A DNA stretch of 14,640 bases, taken from the IMG/VR virus record IMGVR_UViG_3300031565_000009; one strand, 5' to 3'. The stretch comes from a virus. Lineage: Duplodnaviria; Heunggongvirae; Uroviricota; Caudoviricetes. Position 1 is the first letter of the stretch; each line of letters opens with the position of its first letter. Below the pieces are notes generated by a model. It had not been told where the DNA came from. It ran no database searches and worked only from the letters and a program-made list of their open reading frames with translations. Both the position numbers and the translations under genes were made by a program. Positions 1-7,180 of the stretch are shown here, one piece after another.

Positions 1-684
1 CTCGCCCTGGATGCCCTGGGGACCCGGCAGGCCATCTGTCCCATCGTTTCCGTCGCAGCCGGGCGCACCGTCTGCCCCGTCACGCCCTGGCTTGCCCTGG
101 ATGCCTTGGGGACCTGGCAGGCCGTCTGCCCCATCACGCCCCGGCTCGCCCTGGATGCCCTGGGGACCCGGCAGGCCGTCTGCCCCATCGTTCCCGTCGC
201 CGCCAGGCGCACCGTCTACCCCGTCGCGCCCTGGCTCGCCCTGGATGCCCTGGGGACCCGGCAGGCCGTCTGCTCCGTTGTTCCCGTCGCCGCCAGGCGC
301 ACCGTCCGCCCCGTTATGCCCTGACTCACCCTGGATGCCCCGGGGACCCGGCAGGCCGTCTACCCCGTCCTTCCCGTCGCAGCCGGGCGCACCGTCCGCC
401 CCGTTATGCCCTGACTCACCCTGGATGCCCTGGGGACCCGGCAGGCCGTCTACCCCGTCCTTCCCGTCGCCGCCAGGCGCACCGTCTGTCCCGTCACATC
501 CTGGCTCACCCTGGATGCCCTGGGGACCCGGCAGGCCATCTGTCCCATCGTTCCCGTTGCAGCCGGGCGCACCGTCTGCACCGTCACGCCCTGGCTCGCC
601 CTGGATGCCTTGGGGACCCGGCAGGCTGTCTGCTCCATCTTCTCCATCGCGGCCGTCGATTCCGTCGCGGCCTTCAATTCCATT
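1..684. repeat. Coding tandem repeat, 90-bp (30-aa) unit with one 54-bp deleted unit
   Basis: Anchor ctc(g/a)ccctggatgcc (cttgcc variant at 91) recurs at 1, 91, 145, 235, 325, 415, 505 and 595: spacing is 90 bp except 91 to 145 (54 bp). Confidence 0.95.
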
Positions 685-942
685 GCAGCCGGGTTCGCCC
701 TGGGGGCCGGGTTCACCCTGGGGGCCGGGTTCACCTTTCTCGGTTGGCCGCTCCGCAAGTTCGCTGACTTCGGCATTGACTTGGCACACAAACTGATGCA
801 CGTCGAGTACACCTTTTTCGACATCAATTACCTCGTCTTTGAGATAATCCAAGTCAGCGGGAGTCGGCTCCTTCTTCGGGATTCCGGTCTCCAGTGCCGA
901 AGGCCAGATACCGTTCCATACTCGTTTCGGAAAGCGGGTCAT
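1..942 (-). CDS. Collagen-like (Gly-X-Y) protein, 3' end outside the window
   Basis: Absent from the ORF track because it has no stop in the window. Manual translation from ATG at 942: MTRFPKRVWNGIWPSALETGIPKKEPTPADLDYLKDEVIDVEKGVLDVHQFVCQVNAEVSELAERPTEK, then 81 consecutive G-X-Y triplets (GEPGPQ...GLPGPQGIQGEPGRDGADGAPGCDG...) with one Gly-to-Ser break at 625-627. Confidence 0.93.
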   Translation of the reverse strand, partial: MTRFPKRVWNGIWPSALETGIPKKEPTPADLDYLKDEVIDVEKGVLDVHQFVCQVNAEVSELAERPTEKGEPGPQGEPGPQGEPGCNGIEGRDGIDGRDGEDGADSLPGPQGIQGEPGRDGADGAPGCNGNDGTDGLPGPQGIQGEPGCDGTDGAPGGDGKDGVDGLPGPQGIQGESGHNGADGAPGCDGKDGVDGLPGPRGIQGESGHNGADGAPGGDGNNGADGLPGPQGIQGEPGRDGVDGAPGGDGNDGADGLPGPQGIQGEPGRDGADGLPGPQGIQGKPGRDGADGAPGCDGNDGTDGLPGPQGIQGE

Positions 943-952
943 TTGATGATTC

Positions 953-1174
953 CTAAGTAGGCATCGTGTAAACAATCTCGTCACGCCACTCGTCATAGAC
1001 TCGGCCGGCATCCGCACACAGCTTTTCGGCTTCGTCGATGGTGTCGCAGTTGTAATCCTCGAATAGCTCGATGATCTTGTGGGCCGCATGGACCCGCGTG
1101 CTACCTCCGGGAATCAGGTTGCGGACGGCCGCCCACACGTCTTCAGCCAATTCACTGCCGCTGGCCCAGCCCAT
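953..1174 (-). CDS. Small acidic hypothetical protein (MGWASGSELAEDVW...)
   Basis: 73-aa ORF, ATG start, fits tightly between neighbours on the coding strand. Confidence 0.8.
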   Translation of the reverse strand: MGWASGSELAEDVWAAVRNLIPGGSTRVHAAHKIIELFEDYNCDTIDEAEKLCADAGRVYDEWRDEIVYTMPT

Positions 1175-1183
1175 GTTGTTGTC

Positions 1184-1360
1184 TCACTTGTTGGTTGCTT
1201 CGATGTAGACTCTATCCGTGCCGTCTTCATTCCTGGCCTCTACCGTGGCAATGAACTGCCGCGCGTAGGTCTCATAGACTAGGATGACAGGCATCCCTTC
1301 CGGATAATGTTGGAGAGCGTCAATTAGTTCGCCCACGGTCTCGATGTCAGAGAACTTCAT
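1184..1360 (-). CDS. Small hypothetical protein, 58 aa
   Basis: Not in the ORF track. MKFSDIETVGELIDALQHYPEGMPVILVYETYARQFIATVEARNEDGTDRVYIEATNK*; GAGAGG RBS-like sequence just upstream; the TVGELIDAL..YP start resembles common small phage proteins. Confidence 0.8.
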   Translation of the reverse strand: MKFSDIETVGELIDALQHYPEGMPVILVYETYARQFIATVEARNEDGTDRVYIEATNK

Positions 1361-1425
1361 CGCCTCTCTTTCACAGTGTAAGGTGGTTCAAGCCCGTGGT
1401 TGCGTTGATACGCTCTAGGCATCAT
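1357..1425 (-). CDS. Possible 22-aa mini-ORF filling an intergenic gap
   Basis: MMPRAYQRNHGLEPPYTVKERR*; starts right after the upstream TGA and its TGA overlaps the next ATG (ATGA). Confidence 0.3.
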   Translation of the reverse strand: MMPRAYQRNHGLEPPYTVKERR

Positions 1426-1632
1426 TCAATCCCGGTAGGCGGCCCACTTCTTGCTGGTTTTCACATCCTGCCGCTCGTCCTTCTCACGGCCGTCTGCGCT
1501 GTGATGTACCACTAGCGGACCATTGGCGAAAGGCAAGCCCTCACCGTCGAACCATTCGATGATCGGCAGGCACCAGCAGACGGCCGAGCGTCGATGGCGG
1601 TGCAAATCACGAATCGGAATCACGTTGACCAT
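1426..1632 (-). CDS. Small His/Cys-rich hypothetical protein
   Basis: 68 aa with HxH...CWCxP...VVHHSADGRE; possible metal site. Confidence 0.75.
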   Translation of the reverse strand: MVNVIPIRDLHRHRRSAVCWCLPIIEWFDGEGLPFANGPLVVHHSADGREKDERQDVKTSKKWAAYRD

Positions 1633-1810
1633 CAGTTCTCTCGCCGGTAGCCGTGCAGGGTGATTCAGTCAGCAAGCGGTGAGCCGCCCGTAGTCCTGCG
1701 ATGAAGCCGACTCGGAACTCCTTTGAAGGACCATGTGGCGATTCCAAATTCCCCTTGTACCAGTCAATCTCCTTCTGCAACATGACTTCGAGTTGTTTGC
1801 TATTGAGCAT
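1607..1810 (-). CDS. Hypothetical protein (MLNSKQLEVMLQKEIDWY...)
   Basis: ATG at 1810 preceded by GGAGAAG, preferred over the GTG at 1828. Confidence 0.7.
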   Translation of the reverse strand: MLNSKQLEVMLQKEIDWYKGNLESPHGPSKEFRVGFIAGLRAAHRLLTESPCTATGERTDGQRDSDS

Positions 1811-1961
1811 TGTTCTTCTCCAACTCACGCTTTGCTCTGACTCGCTCCAGCCGGTGGGTGATCTTCTTGTTATCCTTCCCGGGGCTGATGCAGCCTTTGG
1901 ATGGTCGGCGGCTCCAATACTCGTAGGTGGGTCCCTTGGAGCCCTTCTTCGTGCGGCTCAT
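1800..1961 (-). CDS. Small basic hypothetical protein, 53 aa
   Basis: Not in the ORF track. MSRTKKGSKGPTYEYWSRRPSKGCISPGKDNKKITHRLERVRAKRELEKNNAQ*; ATGA overlap with the upstream stop at 1958-1960. Confidence 0.8.
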   Translation of the reverse strand: MSRTKKGSKGPTYEYWSRRPSKGCISPGKDNKKITHRLERVRAKRELEKNNAQ

Positions 1962-2293
1962 GCAATGCTCCGTTTCAAGTAGCCAAGACCAACATTCACG
2001 TCCAACCAGAACGCGCAGCCGCCGGTCTCTTTGTCAAACCACTCGGACCCAGCAATCTTTACCCCGCACCAGATTCCATTGGCCCGCAGGCAACGGCCTA
2101 CCTTGGCCACGAAAAGACGGGGCAAGGCCGTGAAACGGGCGATCTCCTGAATGTTGGGTCCAACGTGTAGCCCGGAGAGTAGGATGGCTGCAACCTTGTA
2201 AGCGTCATCATTTGGTGACAGGGTGGGGTCCATCTTACGAATGGTGCGGCGGACACGACTGTAGGATGGATCAGGTTTCTTCATGGCAGTCAT
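1958..2293 (-). CDS. Hypothetical protein, possibly helix-turn-helix-like
   Basis: ORF from MTAMKKPDPSY (alternative starts at 2284 and 2323); the NIQEIARFTALPRLFVAKVGRCL segment is HTH-like in pattern only. Confidence 0.65.
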   Translation of the reverse strand: MTAMKKPDPSYSRVRRTIRKMDPTLSPNDDAYKVAAILLSGLHVGPNIQEIARFTALPRLFVAKVGRCLRANGIWCGVKIAGSEWFDKETGGCAFWLDVNVGLGYLKRSIA

Positions 2294-2307
2294 CCTGTTG
2301 TTCAACT

Positions 2308-2688
2308 TCACCTTTTGGACCACAGGACAAAGCCGTAGTTCGATCCTTTCTGCCGACCAATACGCACAAACGTCAGGGCCTTCTCCATCTGGACGATGAA
2401 CTCTTCGGTATCGGGGTGCATGGGGCCGGGTGCCCGGTTCCGATAGGCTTCCTCGTCGGTGATGACTGAGACAAGGACATTGCCAGCAGGGGTTGGCTTG
2501 ATGATCCTGCGGTGGCTGCCCGGCATCTCCAGCTTGTGCAGCAGGGCGAGGAGATTACGGCGACTGAGGGTCACGGAAGGCGGTGTCGGGTAGCGGCACA
2601 TGGCGTCTTCGTAGTCAGCGCGGTCCACAATGACGTGCTCAATGTCAAGGCCGTAGTCAGCCTCCAGTTTCGGGTGCGTGTGAATCAT
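2308..2688 (-). CDS. Hypothetical phage-type protein (VTLSRRNLLALLHKLE...RAPGPMHPDTE)
   Basis: Open frame on the coding strand. ATG at 2688 chosen; start uncertain (TTG at 2727 or a later ATG). Confidence 0.7.
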   Translation of the reverse strand: MIHTHPKLEADYGLDIEHVIVDRADYEDAMCRYPTPPSVTLSRRNLLALLHKLEMPGSHRRIIKPTPAGNVLVSVITDEEAYRNRAPGPMHPDTEEFIVQMEKALTFVRIGRQKGSNYGFVLWSKR

Positions 2689-2797
2689 GTTGTGTCTCAA
2701 GGGTGGAAGGTTCAGGTCTCGGGGCAATCTTGTCGGCCAATCCTTGCTCTACGGCGTCTTGCGGGCGGGCTTCAAATTCGGGAAACAGGAAACAGAA

Positions 2798-3646
2798 CTA
2801 AAGCAACCGTGCTCCGGGGTAGGTCCAGTCGTAGGCGATCCGTCCATCAGGGAAGAAGATTATCTGCCGCATGGTGTCAGGGTCAGTGCTTGTCGTCAGG
2901 CAGTTGTTCACGCAGACGTTCTGCCCGTGATAGTCGTAGACGATGGCACCATGCGGCAGGTGAAGCAGTTGGACCGCACCTTGCATTTCCAGGCAGCCGC
3001 GCACGTAGGCGGCTGCCGACACCCGCTGGTTGCGGGCATACTCGGTGACGGTTTTGTTGACGCAGCGGTTGGGAACCACCACGTCCCGCAGCGTCAATTG
3101 CTCGACGCCGTGGTCGCGGCACTGGTCGATTAGACGCTCGATCTGGTCAAACTGCCAGATGCCGTTTCGCAGCATCGTGCAGTTAAGCCTCACGCTGAGG
3201 CCCAGGTTGTGCAGCAGTTTGACAATCTCCCAGTAGTCGAAGCGCTCATCCCGGATTTGCATCAGTTGATTGCTGCTCCGGGCATCATAGTGAGTGATCG
3301 ACAGGCAAACGAGGGACAGCCCAATGGACGCCCACTTTCTCACGTCATGTTGTCCTGCCTCCAAGAGGGTGCCATTGGTCTGCAATTCGACGACGGGCAT
3401 CCTGTAACGGTCCAGCCTTTGGAGGTAGTCCAGAATCAGATCGGGCCATAGGGTTGGTTCCCCCTTGCCGGTCAAAAGCGTGGTGGTGACACCGCACTGT
3501 TGAGCCAGCCGGCAGGCGACATCAAATCGTCGCCAGTTCACGTCCAATCGCTCGGCCGCATGTCCGGTCATTTTGGACACACAATAGCCGCAGGCAGCAT
3601 TGCAGGCAGCCGTACCGACGACAAGGGAGAGGGTGCCGATCTTCAC
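2798..3646 (-). CDS. Radical SAM enzyme of unknown specificity
   Basis: CxxxCxxC motif CNAACGYC near the N-terminus, LTGKGEPTL (GGE-like motif), ELQTNG, C-terminal CVNNCL; GTG start with GAGG upstream. Confidence 0.92.
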   Translation of the reverse strand: MKIGTLSLVVGTAACNAACGYCVSKMTGHAAERLDVNWRRFDVACRLAQQCGVTTTLLTGKGEPTLWPDLILDYLQRLDRYRMPVVELQTNGTLLEAGQHDVRKWASIGLSLVCLSITHYDARSSNQLMQIRDERFDYWEIVKLLHNLGLSVRLNCTMLRNGIWQFDQIERLIDQCRDHGVEQLTLRDVVVPNRCVNKTVTEYARNQRVSAAAYVRGCLEMQGAVQLLHLPHGAIVYDYHGQNVCVNNCLTTSTDPDTMRQIIFFPDGRIAYDWTYPGARLL

Positions 3647-3664
3647 TGGTCGATGGCCTCACAG

Positions 3665-4348
3665 TTAATGAAGGGATGGGTGTGTTGCACCGGCAAGGCG
3701 GAAGCAGGCGTCCCAGGCCCGCACTTGATCCAGGATGTAGCCATTGGGCTCCAGGATGCGTTGCAAGCGGTGCAGGATGCCCGCGTCTTGCAGGTATTCA
3801 ACAGTCAGGCAGCGGATGATCCACTCTCGCCGGCCGTGGAAGAACTCTTCCAAAGCGACGACTTCTGCCCCTTCAGTGTCGAGGCTGAGATAGTCGATCA
3901 CCTTGGGTGTCTGGCTACCATCAAACAAGTCATAGAGGGTCGTGGTGTTGACGAAGATTTCCTCGGCATGGCGTCGTTCATGTTCACGTTTCCAGGCATC
4001 GGGTAGGAAGTTGGTTAGCCCGCCAAAAGGACCACCCCGGGTGAACCGGGATTGACCCTTGTAATGGGCTGCGGCAACACAGAGATGCCGGCAGTTGGGT
4101 CGATTCCTTCGGCTCTGCTCAAACAAGTCGGGGTCTGGTTCAACCAGTAATCCAGTCCAGCCGAAGGATTCCTCCAAAGCCAGCGTGTTGCTGTGCCGCA
4201 AACCGTCGTAGCCACCAATCTCCACGAAGTAACCGCCCGCCTGCCCCCGGGTGACTTCGATCACCCACTCGTCCTGTGCGGTGGCCGGTTGGGAGTACAG
4301 TTCGACATTGTGGCCGAAAAGGCGACGTTGACGGACGATTTCAATCAT
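3665..4348 (-). CDS. FkbM-family SAM-dependent methyltransferase
   Basis: YSQ...QDEWV, GYFVEIGGYDG...SNT..LE..GWTGLLVEP and IDYLSLDTEGAE...L are hallmarks of FkbM/Methyltransf_21 proteins. Confidence 0.9.
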   Translation of the reverse strand: MIEIVRQRRLFGHNVELYSQPATAQDEWVIEVTRGQAGGYFVEIGGYDGLRHSNTLALEESFGWTGLLVEPDPDLFEQSRRNRPNCRHLCVAAAHYKGQSRFTRGGPFGGLTNFLPDAWKREHERRHAEEIFVNTTTLYDLFDGSQTPKVIDYLSLDTEGAEVVALEEFFHGRREWIIRCLTVEYLQDAGILHRLQRILEPNGYILDQVRAWDACFRLAGATHPSLH

Positions 4349-4374
4349 GTGTGCTCTCAGCGGTGAAACGTGTT

Positions 4375-4391
4375 CATAAGAGTCGGGTCAA
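4375..4391 (-). promoter_or_regulatory. Conserved intergenic motif, copy A (TTGACCCGACTCTTATG)
   Basis: Matches the copies at 7526-7546 and 14480-14500 with one C deleted; lies 26 bp upstream of the FkbM ATG. Confidence 0.6.
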
Positions 4392-4407
4392 ATTTGCCCT
4401 GATGGGG

Positions 4408-5199
4408 TCACGAATTTGGGAATTTACAGATTTGTCTGGCGGCATACCGAATCATGCGGACAACCGCCATGGCATCCGCCACGGCGGTGTGCGCCACCTT
4501 GCCATCTATTCCAGCCCGCTCCATACATGTCTTCGAGCAGGGTAGCGTCTCGTCTTCCGGCCGCCAGAACAGCGGCGCAGGGTCCAGGGTGCGGTGATGG
4601 AAGAAGCGGTCGAAGCCACAGAGATCGAGGAATCCCCGGTCGAAACTGGCGAAGTTCTTTCCTGCGGGCGTAATACGCTTCTCGGTCAACAGCCAGTCAC
4701 ATTCATGGAACATCCAATCCGAGAACTGACCGGCCAAATCCTGGATGGAACAGAACATCGGGTTGCGGCGGGAGCCGATCCACACACAGGCTGTACAGAG
4801 GCCATCATTCCGCCCGCCCTGGAGAACACCGCCGCAGGCGGGGCAAGCGTCCAGAAGAGGCTGTTCGGCGATCAGACGCAATAGATGCGGGTGCATCGAC
4901 AGGGCATAGGGCTGACCGACGATGGCCTGGTGGGTAATGATGCGGTGGAATTTGGGTAACTCCGCGACTGGCTTGGACCAGTCATCAAACACGGCCCCGA
5001 CTTCGAGAATCTGACAGGTCTCAGCCACCAGTCCTGTGGTCTCAATGTCGATGGAGACATAGGGCAACTGCATCGGCGCGATTGTCGGGGTGGCGCTAGT
5101 GTCACGGAAGTTGCCTTGCCAATGACATTTGGGGCAGTACGCAATACAGTCCGTTGCAGACTTCAGCACGGTTTCACAACTGGGGCATAGCTTCTTCAT
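4408..5199 (-). CDS. DEDDh (DnaQ/oligoribonuclease-like) 3'-5' exonuclease with two additional zinc ribbons
   Basis: ExoI YVSIDIETTGL, ExoII GKNFASFDRGFL, ExoIII HTAVADA; CPxC...CxxCxWxG modules at the N-terminus and inserted between ExoI and ExoII. Confidence 0.9.
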   Translation of the reverse strand: MKKLCPSCETVLKSATDCIAYCPKCHWQGNFRDTSATPTIAPMQLPYVSIDIETTGLVAETCQILEVGAVFDDWSKPVAELPKFHRIITHQAIVGQPYALSMHPHLLRLIAEQPLLDACPACGGVLQGGRNDGLCTACVWIGSRRNPMFCSIQDLAGQFSDWMFHECDWLLTEKRITPAGKNFASFDRGFLDLCGFDRFFHHRTLDPAPLFWRPEDETLPCSKTCMERAGIDGKVAHTAVADAMAVVRMIRYAARQICKFPNS

Positions 5200-5387
5200 G
5201 GTGAATTGATGATCTCGTTCAGGTAACTCAGAAACTCCGTGTTGGCTTGTAGTTCTTCCATCAGATCGGCTGACGGTCGCTGATTGGCCGCACGCATGGC
5301 ACGCACGCAGTTTGACTTTTGCTCCACCTCGGCAGCAGTGCGTCTCATTACTCGGAGGGTTGCTTCATCTCTCATTTGCAGGTTCAT
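5196..5387 (-). CDS. Small helical hypothetical protein
   Basis: 63 aa; ATGA overlaps with the neighbours on both sides. Confidence 0.75.
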   Translation of the reverse strand: MNLQMRDEATLRVMRRTAAEVEQKSNCVRAMRAANQRPSADLMEELQANTEFLSYLNEIINSP

Positions 5388-5896
5388 TTCTCAGGTTCGA
5401 TGATGGCGTTGTGTCGGCGCAGCTTGTTCTGCACCCAGGTCTCGGCTTCGTAGTGCCATGCTCCGCAGGAGCATAGCCCAATGAGCATGTCGCATTGCTC
5501 ACTGCCGTTGTGATGCCTGTCGGTCCAGTCGTCGGGCCAAGGCACCATGCCGTTGATTCGAGGGACGACTTGCTTGCTGGGATGGATTCCGCGAAACAGG
5601 GCGATCAGGCTTGACTCGGACTCAACGATCTTCGCCCGCGCTCGGAGCAGGTCGCCGAAGCTAAGCTGATCGGCTTTGTAAGCTGCCTCCAACAGCAGTT
5701 CGTTTCGACAGACGGAACGATACAGTGCGAGAGATTGACGTAGACTCGTCTCCAAGTTGCCGGTCATGGGTGGCTTCTTCAGCGTCTCCGTGGAGTCACC
5801 GAACCAGGCACAGATTGAGCAAAGCCGCGAGGGGTCGTTTGCCTCCAAGATGCCAATGGGATTTCCGCATTTAGGGCAAAATTCGACGATGTTCAT
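5384..5896 (-). CDS. Hypothetical protein with N-terminal zinc ribbon and C-terminal His/Cys cluster
   Basis: CPKC-x15-CSICAWFG at the N-terminus; HHNGSEQCDMLIGLCSCGAWH near the C-terminus. Confidence 0.8.
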   Translation of the reverse strand: MNIVEFCPKCGNPIGILEANDPSRLCSICAWFGDSTETLKKPPMTGNLETSLRQSLALYRSVCRNELLLEAAYKADQLSFGDLLRARAKIVESESSLIALFRGIHPSKQVVPRINGMVPWPDDWTDRHHNGSEQCDMLIGLCSCGAWHYEAETWVQNKLRRHNAIIEPEK

Positions 5897-5916
5897 TTCT
5901 CGGACTCCTCGGGCAT
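5893..5916 (-). other. Mini-ORF MPEESEK* arising from a duplicated translation-initiation region
   Basis: Minus strand reads AGGAGTCTGAGAATG CCCG AGGAGTCCGAGAAATGA: two RBS+ATG copies, and the first ORF's TGA overlaps the second ATG. Confidence 0.35.
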
Positions 5917-5926
5917 TCTCAGACTC

Positions 5927-6760
5927 CTAACTCACGGATGGCTTGGACTTCTTCGCTCGTAAGCCTTTGGAGGGCTTCTTTGCGGACTTGGACGAAGCGG
6001 GCGTATTCTTCGGCTTCTTCCTGCCACTTGCGGATTGCTTCACGATACACTTCTTGGCACGCTCTCCAGGTGCCTTGTCCGCTGCCTTGGCAGGAGGAGC
6101 AGCCGAGGGTCTGCCGATGCTTGTTGCCTTCAACCCGGCACGGCGGGTCGTTCGGGTCGTAGACTTTTCCCCATCCGAGGCAGGCGAGGCAGGGCCACGT
6201 TTTCGGGTTTTCCGCGACCCAGGCTTGACTTCGGTGGAGGAAGTGTCGGGATCGGAAGTCGGCGAGGGACTTGTAGGGCTACAAGGGCTTGTGTCGTCGC
6301 CAGACGGTGATGCAGTCTCGGGGCATGGCTCCTCTTCCTTTTCTTCCACGTATTTGACATTGCGAGGCCGAATCAAGATGGAGAGCGTCTTGGGATTCAT
6401 CTTTCTCTTGACCCAACACGGAAAGCCAAGCGGCATCCGGCCGAACAGTTCAGTCAAGCCCCTGATGCCGCTAACCTCGCAGGCTTTGCTCCATAGGCGC
6501 TTGTGATGCTCGCACGCCTCTTGGGCAGCCTTCATCGTTTTGTGTAGATGCCGACCAGCATTCACGAAGTCCCACATTTCACAGAACTCGCCCGCAAGGC
6601 CGCTGAAATTTGGGATTACGATTCGCACGCACGCCTCATAGCGGGCTGGCACGGTGACGCTGAAAACTTCCTTGCGCCAAGTGATACGGTAGTCTTCGCT
6701 GTACCATGTTTTTCTGGTCTTCTGGCTCTGGCCTCGCTTCTTTTTTCGCGCGAATTGCAT
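5927..6760 (-). CDS. Hypothetical protein with a Lys/Arg/Ser/Pro-rich, histone-H1-like C-terminal tail
   Basis: Start MQFARKKKRG at 6760 (TGATG overlap with the upstream stop); tail AAPPAKAADKAPGERAKKCIVKQSASGRKKPKNTPASSKSAKKPSKGLRAKKSKPSVS. Confidence 0.8.
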   Translation of the reverse strand: MQFARKKKRGQSQKTRKTWYSEDYRITWRKEVFSVTVPARYEACVRIVIPNFSGLAGEFCEMWDFVNAGRHLHKTMKAAQEACEHHKRLWSKACEVSGIRGLTELFGRMPLGFPCWVKRKMNPKTLSILIRPRNVKYVEEKEEEPCPETASPSGDDTSPCSPTSPSPTSDPDTSSTEVKPGSRKTRKRGPASPASDGEKSTTRTTRRAGLKATSIGRPSAAPPAKAADKAPGERAKKCIVKQSASGRKKPKNTPASSKSAKKPSKGLRAKKSKPSVS

Positions 6761-6954
6761 CAATGCCCTCGCCCACGACGGGCTCGCGGGTGCATGGGTG
6801 AGTAGTGCGGATGGTAGGCTGGAGGCTTCGTGAGCACTTTCCTCAGTCTCCGTTTGCCGCAGGCCGGACACTTTTTCGGACCCGACTCACTCATGCCGTG
6901 GATCACTTCAAGCTGATGGCCGCAGGCGGCACATTCGTAGTCGTATGCTGGCAT
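6760..6954 (-). CDS. FmdB-like CxxC_CxxC zinc-ribbon protein
   Basis: MPAYDYECAACGHQLEVIHGMSESGPKKCPACGKRRLRKVL matches the MPxYxYxCxxCG...CPxCG pattern. Confidence 0.88.
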   Translation of the reverse strand: MPAYDYECAACGHQLEVIHGMSESGPKKCPACGKRRLRKVLTKPPAYHPHYSPMHPRARRGRGH

Positions 6955-6961
6955 GATGCCC

Positions 6962-7180
6962 TCAGACAGTTGAGGTGTCCGAGGCCGAGACGACCACAGT
7001 GTTGCCGAGGTTCTTGATGATGGTGCGGCGTCCATCCGGCTTGTTGCCGGTCACGGCGGCGGGGAGCGCCTGGGTGACGAGGATGCGATTCAGCCACATG
7101 CTGGAACCACGCCGGACGGGATAAACCAACGTGTCGCCCGCTTTGATCTCGCGGCCTAAGTAGTCGGTGGGAGGGTTCAT
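6962..7180 (-). CDS. Small beta-rich hypothetical protein (SH3/KOW-like pattern)
   Basis: DYLGREIKAGDTLVYP start; ATGA overlap with the upstream stop. Confidence 0.75.
   Translation of the reverse strand: MNPPTDYLGREIKAGDTLVYPVRRGSSMWLNRILVTQALPAAVTGNKPDGRRTIIKNLGNTVVVSASDTSTV

Noticed and set aside
1-684. Regular repeats as a possible CRISPR array
   Set aside because: The units are contiguous, coding and in frame, with no unique spacers and no cas genes.
11-796. 261-aa plus-strand Pro/Ser/Gly-rich ORF and the 450..827 minus-strand ORF
   Set aside because: Antisense and off-frame shadows of the collagen repeat; the G-X-Y frame (start 942) explains the sequence.
2657-2797. 46 open codons in frame after the radical SAM TAG (possible readthrough or recoded TAG)
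   Set aside because: Such a run is unremarkable at this GC content; other TAG stops (953, 1800, 5927) end genes right at the next gene, consistent with the standard code.
2798-3646. Radical SAM protein as a viperin
   Set aside because: It lacks the viperin-type NYHFTRQCNYKCGFCFH context; only generic radical SAM motifs are present.
4127-4136. Partial match agtcggggtc to the intergenic motif
   Set aside because: It lies inside the FkbM coding sequence and lacks the TTGA and TAT ends; likely chance.
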